DNA of 64,000 bases from contig JAGKWX010000002.1 in the NCBI GenBank assembly GCA_021151585.1, positions 5,859 to 69,858 of the forward strand. Direction: 5' to 3'. Under the pieces are notes generated by a model. That model was not told where the DNA came from, did not search any database, and was given only the letters and a program-made list of their open reading frames with translations. Each line of letters begins with the position of its first letter. The stretch's first letter is position 1. Positions 32,468 through 41,559 of this stretch are shown in pieces. A program made the position numbers and the translations under genes. The DNA comes from Alphaproteobacteria bacterium (lineage in GTDB: Bacteria; Pseudomonadota; Gammaproteobacteria; JAGOUN01).

Positions 32468-33272
32468 TATGCTCCTCAAGCTCGTTCTTCCTTGTTGCGC
32501 AGCATTATTGTTTGCCGGCTGTGCTAGCACGCCACAACCAATTGATACAGATAATTTGTCCGATCTCGAAAATTTAAGCACTACCTCTTATGCCACTAGC
32601 GACCCAGATAAAACTGTCGGCAATATTCGAGAACAAGGCTTAAAAGAAACAGCGCTAACCTTAGGCGCGCAATCCGGCCTGGCTTACCGCTCCAAGCAAA
32701 TTAATGCTTCTCTCGAAAAAAAATCAACTTATCTAAACAACGTGTTCAACTTTTATCCTTTGATGCTTGAGCATAGCGTTGTACCACCTGTATTAATCCA
32801 GGCAGATAATACATTAAGTTTATCCGGACCAGATTCATTACGCATTTCAGACAAAACCTATCGCATAGTCAAACAAGCAAGCTTTGTTACCGCACCGCCA
32901 ACATGGCGCAACTATTTATGGATGACATTTAAAACACCTGAACTACCGAATAAAACTCTACTACCTCGCAACCCTCAAGAAGAACAGATATGGAAAAAAT
33001 ATATTGCCATCGGCTGGAACAAGGGTATTTCACAGGCAGATCAAATTTTTAATGTTAATCTTGCTCAGCTAAAACGCGATTATCAGGGTATATTGCTATA
33101 TCGAGATCTTCTTGCGAAGCATATGATTAGCGAACCTTTTGTCGCAAAAACAGATTTAGGCGTCACCGGCGATGGCAATGGCATTAATATTAATGACCAA
33201 GTGTTGCGCATCACCGCAACGCCGCAATTGCAAACAAATAGCAAAGAATGGCAACCTGTCTTAGTCAAATAG
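32454..33272 (+). CDS. dotC: Dot/Icm outer-membrane lipoprotein DotC
   Basis: Lipobox FAGC. The size and the position between dotD and dotB fit, and it overlaps the dotD stop. Confidence 0.75.
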   Translation: MPKTNMLLKLVLPCCAALLFAGCASTPQPIDTDNLSDLENLSTTSYATSDPDKTVGNIREQGLKETALTLGAQSGLAYRSKQINASLEKKSTYLNNVFNFYPLMLEHSVVPPVLIQADNTLSLSGPDSLRISDKTYRIVKQASFVTAPPTWRNYLWMTFKTPELPNKTLLPRNPQEEQIWKKYIAIGWNKGISQADQIFNVNLAQLKRDYQGILLYRDLLAKHMISEPFVAKTDLGVTGDGNGININDQVLRITATPQLQTNSKEWQPVLVK

Positions 33273-33287
33273 GCAAAGGAAAATAGC

Positions 33288-34442
33288 ATGAATGCTTCGC
33301 TAGCAACAACTGATTATCTTTTTCCAAATGAACCCTTACGTTTATCAGATAGCATTTTCGAGGAAATTCTTATTCACTGTAGCAAACTCAATGCTTCAGA
33401 TATTACTTTGCAAACTAATCAACCCATTTGCGCTGAAATTTATGGACAAATTGTCAAAATCACCAGACGGCCACTGGCAAACAATGAAGTCGGTGAAATG
33501 CTAAATCTTATGTACGGACCAAATGGTACCGCACAATTAAGCTCTGGCATTGACGTTGATACGCATTACGAAGTCCGTCCAAGCCGTTCTGAACGATTTC
33601 GTTTTCGTATTAATGCCACCGCCTGCTTAGTCGAAGGGCATAACGGCATTCAACTAACCGCCAGAACTATTCCAACCGACCCGCCTTTGCTAGAAACCAT
33701 GAATTTACCGCAAGCCATCATTGACGCCATAGACCCATCACAAGGTGTCGTCTATGTCACAGGAGCTACCGGCTCAGGGAAAAGCACCCTATTAGCGTCG
33801 ATTATTCGCCATATCGCCGAGAAACCAGATTGCAATCGTAAAATCTTAACCTATGAAGCGCCCATTGAATTCGTTTATGACCATATTAATACTAGCAGCG
33901 CTATCATCTCGCAATCAGAAATTCCGAGACATTTACCTAGTTTCGCCGCCGGTGTTAAAAATGCTTTACGACGCAAGCCCAAACTCATACTCGTAGGCGA
34001 GGCACGTGATCCAGAAACGATTAGTGCCGTCATGGAAGCAGCAATGACAGGACATCCCGTTTACACAACTCTACATAGCAATGGAGTGTCAGAAACTATT
34101 CGGCGCTTAGTTAACACTTTTCCTGTCGCCGAACGCCATGGTAGAACGATTGATTTATTTGAAACGATTCGCTTAGTGATTTGGCAAAAATTGGTACCAA
34201 CTGTCGATGATAAACAGGTTGCTTTACGCGAATTTTTGGTATTCGATGAACATATACGGGACCAATTGCTGGCGGCGCCAATTGAACACGTGACCTCTGT
34301 CACACGCTCATTAGTCAAGCAATACGGACAAACAATGCTGAAAGATGCCCAAAGCTTTTACGATCAAGGCATCATTTCTGAGCGCACTTACCAACTCATC
34401 GTCAATATCGATAAAAGCATGGATCAGGACAACCTTATTTAG
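33288..34442 (+). CDS. dotB: Dot/Icm secretion ATPase DotB (PilT/VirB11-like)
   Basis: ASDITLQT, Walker A GATGSGKST, LVGEARD Walker B/Asp box, TGHPVYTTLH His box. AAGGAAAA SD. Confidence 0.9.
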   Translation: MNASLATTDYLFPNEPLRLSDSIFEEILIHCSKLNASDITLQTNQPICAEIYGQIVKITRRPLANNEVGEMLNLMYGPNGTAQLSSGIDVDTHYEVRPSRSERFRFRINATACLVEGHNGIQLTARTIPTDPPLLETMNLPQAIIDAIDPSQGVVYVTGATGSGKSTLLASIIRHIAEKPDCNRKILTYEAPIEFVYDHINTSSAIISQSEIPRHLPSFAAGVKNALRRKPKLILVGEARDPETISAVMEAAMTGHPVYTTLHSNGVSETIRRLVNTFPVAERHGRTIDLFETIRLVIWQKLVPTVDDKQVALREFLVFDEHIRDQLLAAPIEHVTSVTRSLVKQYGQTMLKDAQSFYDQGIISERTYQLIVNIDKSMDQDNLI

Positions 34443-34919
34443 TTAAAATTTTTCTCCTTTCAACCAATCCTGAAACGTACAACCCAACCTTCTGTTTTTA
34501 ATTTGAAAATTCCAAAAACTACATTGAAAAGCTCGTACGAAGCTTAGAAAAATCAATGCTAAGACTATCAAGCTGCCAGCCAACGCACCATAAAAAACAA
34601 GGTAAACAAGGTAACAAAATAACAAGCCGATAAAAACCGACATGGCAACCAAGGTTCGACTATTTATTTTCAAGCGCATCTGCAAATCTTGCTCAGTTAA
34701 TTTCAAACGCTCTATCGCCGATTCAAAGGTTTCTGTACGCTGAGCTGTGCGAATACGAAACGTATCCATCAACCGGGCTCGCAATGTTTTATTTGTTTGC
34801 ACATATTGTTGCGCATTTACCCAACGGGGGACATCAAAAAAAGTACTCATCAAGCCACGGAAAAAACCTTTTTTTTGCTTGACTTGCTGTTGCGTTTCTT
34901 CAGCCATGATAAGTTCCAT
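34443..34919 (-). CDS. icmV: Dot/Icm inner-membrane protein IcmV
   Basis: FESA..RL.LTE.DL, two TMs, and FW.FQIK.R.LGCT...W match L. pneumophila IcmV. An alternative ATG lies at 34907. Confidence 0.85.
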   Translation of the reverse strand: MELIMAEETQQQVKQKKGFFRGLMSTFFDVPRWVNAQQYVQTNKTLRARLMDTFRIRTAQRTETFESAIERLKLTEQDLQMRLKINSRTLVAMSVFIGLLFCYLVYLVFYGALAGSLIVLALIFLSFVRAFQCSFWNFQIKNRRLGCTFQDWLKGEKF

Positions 34920-34940
34920 AATGAAAGCAGATAAGAACAG

Positions 34941-34968
34941 TTTACATTGCTCAGGATATGGTTACAAT
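34941..34968 (+). promoter_or_regulatory. Candidate sigma-70 promoter for icmW
   Basis: TTTACA (34941-34946), 16 nt, TACAAT (34963-34968), 33 nt before the icmW ATG. Confidence 0.3.
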
Positions 34969-35000
34969 AATAAGACGCTAGCCGATGACATGTAATTATT

Positions 35001-35441
35001 ATGCCTAAACTTGACTTGCAATCAGCGCACGAATACTGGAATCAATTTAATGACCCTATGATTTATCGTGTTGTTGCTTTTATGGAAAGCGTCGAAGACT
35101 GGACCAAAGATGGCGACCCTCAACTTGAAGCAGCAATCGATAAGCTCGGTGACGCTCTTGAAACCTTAACTAGATTTAACGTCAGCGAAGAAGAAAATTT
35201 TATCAAACTCGCCTCTTTTCTTAAAATGCCTCGTTTATTGCGTATGTTGCAAACTATAGATACTATCGAACCCGGCTCAGCTTCTAAAATCTTAATGTAC
35301 GCAGAAGAGAAAAGCGCCAGCAATCCTTTGGTTTACTTATTCCTTAGAAGAAATATTATTTTTGAGCGATTAAGACTGCTGACACGCGTATTTTCACCGG
35401 CACGTTTCTCATTAATCTTACGCGCTCTGGAGAATGAATAA
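35001..35441 (+). CDS. icmW: Dot/Icm adaptor/chaperone IcmW
   Basis: YW..F.DPMIYRV..FMESVE.WT.DG.P.LE, HPGSAS..L..AEE and RNI.FERLRLL.RVF match L. pneumophila IcmW. Confidence 0.9.
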   Translation: MPKLDLQSAHEYWNQFNDPMIYRVVAFMESVEDWTKDGDPQLEAAIDKLGDALETLTRFNVSEEENFIKLASFLKMPRLLRMLQTIDTIEPGSASKILMYAEEKSASNPLVYLFLRRNIIFERLRLLTRVFSPARFSLILRALENE

Positions 35442-35857
35442 TGCTAACACACCGCCTTGCCTGGCTATTGTTTATGTGCTCTATTGCCTCAATGAATGTT
35501 TTCGCAGACAAAACACCAATTAAACTAAATAGCTCAACCAAATTTAATGAACAAACCTCTTCGACAAACCTGAATGCTGCAGCACCGATTAGTCATGATG
35601 GCGTCAACCAAGGCCCTGCTCAAACATCGAGCAACAATGGCACGGCGATTACGCAACAGACGCAAAACACCCCAGCTAACACAACTTATTATCCCAACTC
35701 GGTCACGCAAAATACTGCAGCAACAACAAATACAGTAACGCCAAGCCCAACAGTGACACAAACTCAACTTAACACAACCAGTGTCAGCAATGGCATACTA
35801 CTCAACGGGTCAAGCGAAAATAACCAACAACCCACTAGTTGGACAATTGCTTATTAA
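35441..35857 (+). CDS. Secreted low-complexity (Thr/Asn/Gln/Ser-rich) protein encoded between icmW and icmX
   Basis: 138 aa. Signal peptide ending NVFA-DK, and a TAATG overlap with the icmW stop. No recognisable domain. Confidence 0.5.
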   Translation: MLTHRLAWLLFMCSIASMNVFADKTPIKLNSSTKFNEQTSSTNLNAAAPISHDGVNQGPAQTSSNNGTAITQQTQNTPANTTYYPNSVTQNTAATTNTVTPSPTVTQTQLNTTSVSNGILLNGSSENNQQPTSWTIAY

Positions 35858-35872
35858 CTTGACTCTACAAAC

Positions 35873-36904
35873 ATGGAAAATATTATGCCAAAACCAAATT
35901 ATTTCGCTCACACTCTCGTTATTACTATGCTGGCTTTGCCATTCCATGGTTTTGCACAAACTGCCACAGGATCTTCAAGCTGTGATACTTGCTCACAATT
36001 AAATACATTAAATATCAACGCACAAACCACTAGTGATAACACCTCAAGCATCAGCAAAATACTACAAGAATTATTAACAGTAACCACCAATGCACTGTTT
36101 GGTACATTCGTTGATTTTGGCAATACCATGACTGCATTTACAGCCATTCCCGCAGTCCAAAACAATGGTTATGCCGATCAACAACAGTTATTACATAGCG
36201 TAGAAGCAGTATACCAAGGCAGCAGTGATGAAGACGCCACCCTGGCTAATAATTATAAAACCATTTTTAATGATTACTTATTGCCTAACGGGGGGACTTT
36301 TGACGGCAATAACGCATCCATATCAACCCTCTATATCAATCCAAGTTCTGCTAATTATTATAGTGATGATCAACGATTAGCGGCTCAGCGTTATATTATG
36401 CTTGCCTCAGGCGCCGCCATGAGCACAGCACGCAAACCGAGCGAAAAATGGCTAAAAATAAGTGACTCAACGGCTGAAGCCGATAAAAAAGCGTTAGAAA
36501 AAAATGTCAGCTCTTATTACACTCTTAACTCCATGCAATCTGCTGTCGCTGACAACTTAACCTATATCTATGGCCTAAATACGGGGCAACCTATCGAAGG
36601 CACATTAGACAATTACAGTAACTCCATGATTAGCGAATCCGGCGTAATTAATTATATTCTGTCACAAAAAGCTGAAAGCGAAGATTGGTATAAACAACTT
36701 AAAAACATGGGAACAGCAGATTTATTAAGAGAACAAACCATTCTTCTCGGCGGAGGATTTCTGATGCTAACTCGTATAGAAGAAGATTTGCGCAGAATTT
36801 TAGTCACTAATTCTGTTGCCACATCTTTAGCAATTATTGAAGCACAGTCCTTATATGCCTCAACAACTCAGCCCATGAGTGCGCCAAAAATTAATATTAC
36901 ATAA
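35873..36904 (+). CDS. icmX: Probable periplasmic Dot/Icm protein IcmX
   Basis: 343 aa with a signal peptide ([10 protein letters not shown]). The call rests mainly on the conserved icmW-(orf)-icmX position; I could not confirm it from remembered motifs. An alternative ATG lies at 35885. Confidence 0.55.
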   Translation: MENIMPKPNYFAHTLVITMLALPFHGFAQTATGSSSCDTCSQLNTLNINAQTTSDNTSSISKILQELLTVTTNALFGTFVDFGNTMTAFTAIPAVQNNGYADQQQLLHSVEAVYQGSSDEDATLANNYKTIFNDYLLPNGGTFDGNNASISTLYINPSSANYYSDDQRLAAQRYIMLASGAAMSTARKPSEKWLKISDSTAEADKKALEKNVSSYYTLNSMQSAVADNLTYIYGLNTGQPIEGTLDNYSNSMISESGVINYILSQKAESEDWYKQLKNMGTADLLREQTILLGGGFLMLTRIEEDLRRILVTNSVATSLAIIEAQSLYASTTQPMSAPKINIT

Positions 36905-36921
36905 CCAAGGATTTTTATTTT

Positions 36922-37650
36922 ATGCGATCAAGTAACCGCTCATATTCACAATTACGTCCAGTCACGATTACTCGTCACTTTACTAAACACGCAGAAGGTT
37001 CTGTGCTAGTGGAATATGGAGATACCAAAGTCATTTGCACAGTAAGTTTTCAAGAAGGAGTCCCCTCTTTTTTAAAAGGTTCAAAAACCGGCTGGATTAC
37101 CGCAGAATACGGCATGCTGCCACGCTCAACACATGAGCGTATGAAACGCGAGGCGGCACATGGAAAACAATCCGGCCGCACACAAGAAATTCAACGCTTA
37201 ATCGGACGCTCACTGCGCACATGTGTTGATATGAAATTGCTGGGGGAAAATACTTTGCACATTGATTGCGATGTCATTCAAGCCGATGGCGGCACTCGGA
37301 CCGCCTCAATTACCGGTGCTTGCGTTGCCTTACATGATGCTATTAAATATATGCTGAAAAAAAATATCCTCAAACAAAATCCATTACGATTTTTAATTGC
37401 ATCAATTTCTGTTGGCATCCATCAAGGACAAGCCGTATTAGATTTGGATTACGCCGAAGATTCACAAGCTGAAACCGATATGAATATCGTCATCGCTGAG
37501 AATGGTGACTTCATTGAAATTCAAGGTACTGCAGAAAAAACACCTTTTTCACATACGGATTTAGTCGCCATGCTTGAATTAGCGAAAGCTGGCACAACAG
37601 AATTATTTGAGATTCAACGAAAAGCAATTCATGACAACCAAACTCAATAA
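36922..37650 (+). CDS. rph: Ribonuclease PH
   Basis: LRPV...R.....[14 protein letters not shown] and [19 protein letters not shown]. Confidence 0.95.
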   Translation: MRSSNRSYSQLRPVTITRHFTKHAEGSVLVEYGDTKVICTVSFQEGVPSFLKGSKTGWITAEYGMLPRSTHERMKREAAHGKQSGRTQEIQRLIGRSLRTCVDMKLLGENTLHIDCDVIQADGGTRTASITGACVALHDAIKYMLKKNILKQNPLRFLIASISVGIHQGQAVLDLDYAEDSQAETDMNIVIAENGDFIEIQGTAEKTPFSHTDLVAMLELAKAGTTELFEIQRKAIHDNQTQ

Positions 37651-37734
37651 AATTTATTTTTTTCAGCCAGGATCAATGGCATAGAAAAATACATGTGAAT
37701 GAGAATAAACAAATAAACAGCAAAGATATTTTTT

Positions 37735-40374
37735 ATGAAAGATAAACTTCAACAACATACCCCTATGATGCAACAATACTTGCGTATCAAAGCGGAACAT
37801 CCAAAAAGCTTGCTATTTTATCGCATGGGGGATTTCTATGAATTATTTTTTGATGATGCCATCAAAGCTGCAAAACTCATTGATATTACACTAACAAAAC
37901 GCGGTCAATCTGCTGGACAACCGATACCCATGGCGGGCGTACCATATCATGCCGCAGAATCCTATTTAGCTAAACTAGTTAGGTTGGGAGAATCAGTGGT
38001 CATTTGTGAACAAGTTGGCGATCCTGCAACATCCAAAGGCCCAGTTGAACGCGCTGTTTCTCGAATTATTACACCTGGCACCGTAACTGATGATGCATTT
38101 TTACATGCGCAACAAGATAACCTAATCGCTGCAATATATTTTCAAGCAAAGAAAAAAAACAATCAATCGCTTGATCCTCGGCCAATAGAAACATCTGCAC
38201 TCAACGAAACGGGCGTTTTTGGCCTAACATATCTTGATATAAGCACAGGGCGCTTTTGCGTTTTACAAATCGAAAATTCAGAAGCCCTACAAACTGAATT
38301 AGAACGCTTGCATCCTGCGGAAATTTTAGTTACAGAAACGTTTGATAGAAAGCTCTTGCCTAGTTATGCTCATGTGCAACAACGTCCGCAATGGGACTTT
38401 GATGTAGATAGCGCAACGCGTTTACTGCAACAACATTTTGCAACTCATGACCTATCTGGTTTTGGCTGCCAAGATATGCCAGCAGCACTTGCTGCAGCAG
38501 GATGCTTGTTGCAGTACGCAAAAGAAACGCAACAATCAGCGCTACCCCATGTTCATAGCATTCGGGTTGAACGCTACGATGACTGCGTGATTCTTGATGC
38601 GATTACGCGTAGAAATTTAGAATTAACTCAAACCATTTACGGCGAAGAGGAAAATTCTCTTGCGCATGTCATGGATTATACAGCAACAGCCATGGGTAGC
38701 CGCTTATTACGCAGGTGGCTACATCGCCCAATTCGACAACAAGATGTATTAATAGAGAGGCAAAAGGCAATTATCGAACTGCTTGGCGACACAGACAGCC
38801 TTGAAGAAGAATTCAAACATATCGCAGATATCGAGCGTATTTTATCACGCATAGCATTAAAATCTGCACGCCCACGCGATTTGTCACAATTACGTGATAG
38901 TTTAGCTGTCCTGCCTGCGATTCAAAAAATTCTTGCACCCTTTACATCCACCCTAATACAAAATTTATCCCGAAAAATCAGCGAATATTCAGCGCTTGTT
39001 CAATTATTATCAAAGGCTATTATCGAAACACCACCGATTGTATTACGTGACGGCGGCGTAATTGCTGATGGCTACGACAAGGAACTCGATGAATTGCGTG
39101 GTCTCAGCGAAAACGCAGGACAATTTTTAATAGATTTAGAACAGCGCGAAAAAGAGCGCACAAAAATATCTACATTAAAAGTAGGCTACAATCGCATTCA
39201 TGGTTATTATATTGAAATATCCAAAGGCCAAGCGGAACATGCGCCATTAGATTATCAGCGCCGACAAACTCTCGTCAACGCAGAACGATTTATTACCCCA
39301 GAGTTAAAAGCATTTGAAGATAAAGCTTTAAGCAGTCGCGATCGCGCACTGGCGCGAGAAAAATTATTATACGAAGCATTATTAGAAGAATTATTACACC
39401 ATTTAGGGCCGCTACAGCAAACTGCTCAAGCAATTGCCGAACTCGATGTATTAAATAATTTAAGCGAGCGCGCGAAAACATTAAAACTTGTCGCCCCTAC
39501 TTTCTCTAGCGAATCCATTATTGATATTCACGCGGGACGACATCTAGTCGTTGAACAAGTATCAAAAGAACCATTTATTCCTAATGACACTCACTTGCTA
39601 GATACATCTCGCATGTTAATTATCACCGGGCCTAACATGGGCGGGAAATCTACATATATGCGACAAGTTGCGTTAATTGTCCTACTTGCACATATTGGCA
39701 GCTTTGTTCCTGCCACTGCTGCAACTATTGGGAAAATAGATAGAATTTTCACCCGGATAGGTGCCGCGGATGATTTGGCTAGCGGCCGTTCAACGTTTAT
39801 GGTTGAGATGACAGAAACAGCAAATATTTTAAATAATGCCACGGAAAAAAGTTTAATTTTAATGGATGAAATTGGGCGTGGCACCAGCACTTTCGATGGC
39901 TTGTCACTCGCTTGGTCATGCGCAAAGTTTTTAGCGAATGAAATAAAAGCATTAACCCTATTTGCAACCCATTACTTTGAAATTACATCTCTAGAACACG
40001 AATGTACTACGGTAAAAAATGTTCATGTATCCGCCCAAGAATACCATGAAAAAATTATTTTTATGCACACAGTGACGCCAGGGCCAGCCAGCCAAAGTTA
40101 TGGACTACATGTTGCACAATTAGCTGGTGTGCCACGACATGTCATTATGCAGGCACGTGAAAAATTAAAACAACTAGAACAGCCATCGATTGAGTCCACG
40201 CGCACTAACAACGACCACGCTATGTCATCTACAAAAGAAATCGTGCAAAACGACATTTTTTCGCTGGCACAACAAACTCATCCAGTTATCGAAGCCTTGA
40301 AAAAAATTTCACCAGAAGATACAACACCAAAATCAGCACTGGAATATTTGTATCAATTGAAAGACATGCTATGA
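37735..40374 (+). CDS. mutS: DNA mismatch repair protein MutS
   Basis: [29 protein letters not shown], Walker [22 protein letters not shown]. Confidence 0.95.
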   Translation: MKDKLQQHTPMMQQYLRIKAEHPKSLLFYRMGDFYELFFDDAIKAAKLIDITLTKRGQSAGQPIPMAGVPYHAAESYLAKLVRLGESVVICEQVGDPATSKGPVERAVSRIITPGTVTDDAFLHAQQDNLIAAIYFQAKKKNNQSLDPRPIETSALNETGVFGLTYLDISTGRFCVLQIENSEALQTELERLHPAEILVTETFDRKLLPSYAHVQQRPQWDFDVDSATRLLQQHFATHDLSGFGCQDMPAALAAAGCLLQYAKETQQSALPHVHSIRVERYDDCVILDAITRRNLELTQTIYGEEENSLAHVMDYTATAMGSRLLRRWLHRPIRQQDVLIERQKAIIELLGDTDSLEEEFKHIADIERILSRIALKSARPRDLSQLRDSLAVLPAIQKILAPFTSTLIQNLSRKISEYSALVQLLSKAIIETPPIVLRDGGVIADGYDKELDELRGLSENAGQFLIDLEQREKERTKISTLKVGYNRIHGYYIEISKGQAEHAPLDYQRRQTLVNAERFITPELKAFEDKALSSRDRALAREKLLYEALLEELLHHLGPLQQTAQAIAELDVLNNLSERAKTLKLVAPTFSSESIIDIHAGRHLVVEQVSKEPFIPNDTHLLDTSRMLIITGPNMGGKSTYMRQVALIVLLAHIGSFVPATAATIGKIDRIFTRIGAADDLASGRSTFMVEMTETANILNNATEKSLILMDEIGRGTSTFDGLSLAWSCAKFLANEIKALTLFATHYFEITSLEHECTTVKNVHVSAQEYHEKIIFMHTVTPGPASQSYGLHVAQLAGVPRHVIMQAREKLKQLEQPSIESTRTNNDHAMSSTKEIVQNDIFSLAQQTHPVIEALKKISPEDTTPKSALEYLYQLKDML

Positions 40375-40509
40375 CATAGTAATTTTTTAGGATTATTAAC
40401 ATACACTGAGTAACTGCCAAGAAAGTAGACATGAAATAATTTTTTTTCTGCTTTTAAATACATACTCAATGCCATAAAATTATTAGTATATAATAAACAG
40501 TACATATTT

Positions 40510-41409
40510 ATGCACATTAATTCATGGCTAAACACCATCGCCCCCGCTGGATCGGATGATTATTATGGCTTACGCAATATTGATTCTGAGAAACAAAACG
40601 CCATTAAACTCATTCTCGCCCTATTTGACACAATTTTTAACATTCCACTCACCTTAAGTGATGATAATTTAGTCAATATTAAATTACGCTGGTGGAAAGA
40701 AGAAATGATTAAAACAGAAAGAAAAGAAGCATCACATCCATTATGTATTGCATTATCTCCCATCATGGCTAAATATCATTTAAGTTATAATGCTTTATTG
40801 CAATTTATTAGCGCAATAGAAGGCATCGTACACCATTGTCAATTTCCAACAGAACAATCATTACGTGATTTTTACACCTACACTTATGGTATTCGCGAAC
40901 GCATGATTGCAAAAATTTTATGTCCTAATGCATCACAATACTCAGATGCTATTCATCATTTGGCTTATAGTTTAGCGTTGATCGATAATCTCAAGCACAT
41001 TTATCGCCGCGCAAAAAAAATGTATCTTTTCTTTAGCGATGAAGAGACGCGCGAGCTTGGTATAGATAAAAATATTGTCTTAACGATGCGCATATCTGAT
41101 AGCTTAAAAAAATTATTTGAAAAGCAGATTGAACAAGCAAGCAAACATTGGAAATCGGCTATTAACATCGTGAGGTCTAACAAAATATCCTGCCAGCCAC
41201 GGCGAACATCCCACCCACAGGACATAAACAACACAAAAGTGAAGGCCAGCTTTGGCTGGCATGACGCATTGCGGCCATTGTTCTTGCGGACTCAACTCGG
41301 CTTGAAGTGGTGTGATCTTATACGTGATGAAAATTTTCCGCTGTTTACTCATCAAGTCGACATAGCGCCGTTACGAAAATGGTGGCATACACTTCGGATT
41401 AGCGTTTAA
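40510..41409 (+). CDS. Squalene/phytoene synthase-fold protein with degenerate Asp-rich motifs
   Basis: The YYGLR......AI..I.ALFDTIFNIP and LRWWKEE layout fits the SQS_PSY family. However, DTIFN replaces the first DxxxD motif and KHIYRR replaces the RDxxED region. Confidence 0.5.
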   Translation: MHINSWLNTIAPAGSDDYYGLRNIDSEKQNAIKLILALFDTIFNIPLTLSDDNLVNIKLRWWKEEMIKTERKEASHPLCIALSPIMAKYHLSYNALLQFISAIEGIVHHCQFPTEQSLRDFYTYTYGIRERMIAKILCPNASQYSDAIHHLAYSLALIDNLKHIYRRAKKMYLFFSDEETRELGIDKNIVLTMRISDSLKKLFEKQIEQASKHWKSAINIVRSNKISCQPRRTSHPQDINNTKVKASFGWHDALRPLFLRTQLGLKWCDLIRDENFPLFTHQVDIAPLRKWWHTLRISV

Positions 41410-41559
41410 GCAATAATACACGACTGGATATATGGCAGATGGGATGAGAGCTATTGATATATCTTTGAACAAAGATATCGCTCGCTATTTTTTAACCATT
41501 GATACACATGCGAGTGCATCCGCTTTCAAATGCATAACATTTGGTATAGCATAGTCAAT

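Noticed and set aside
35441-36904. I considered whether the 138-aa and 343-aa ORFs are two halves of a frameshifted icmX, since their summed length is close to that of L. pneumophila IcmX.
   Set aside because: Each has its own start codon and its own N-terminal Sec signal peptide, and they are separated by a clean stop plus a 15-nt spacer. They look like two separate secreted proteins. Alignment to IcmX would be needed to be certain.
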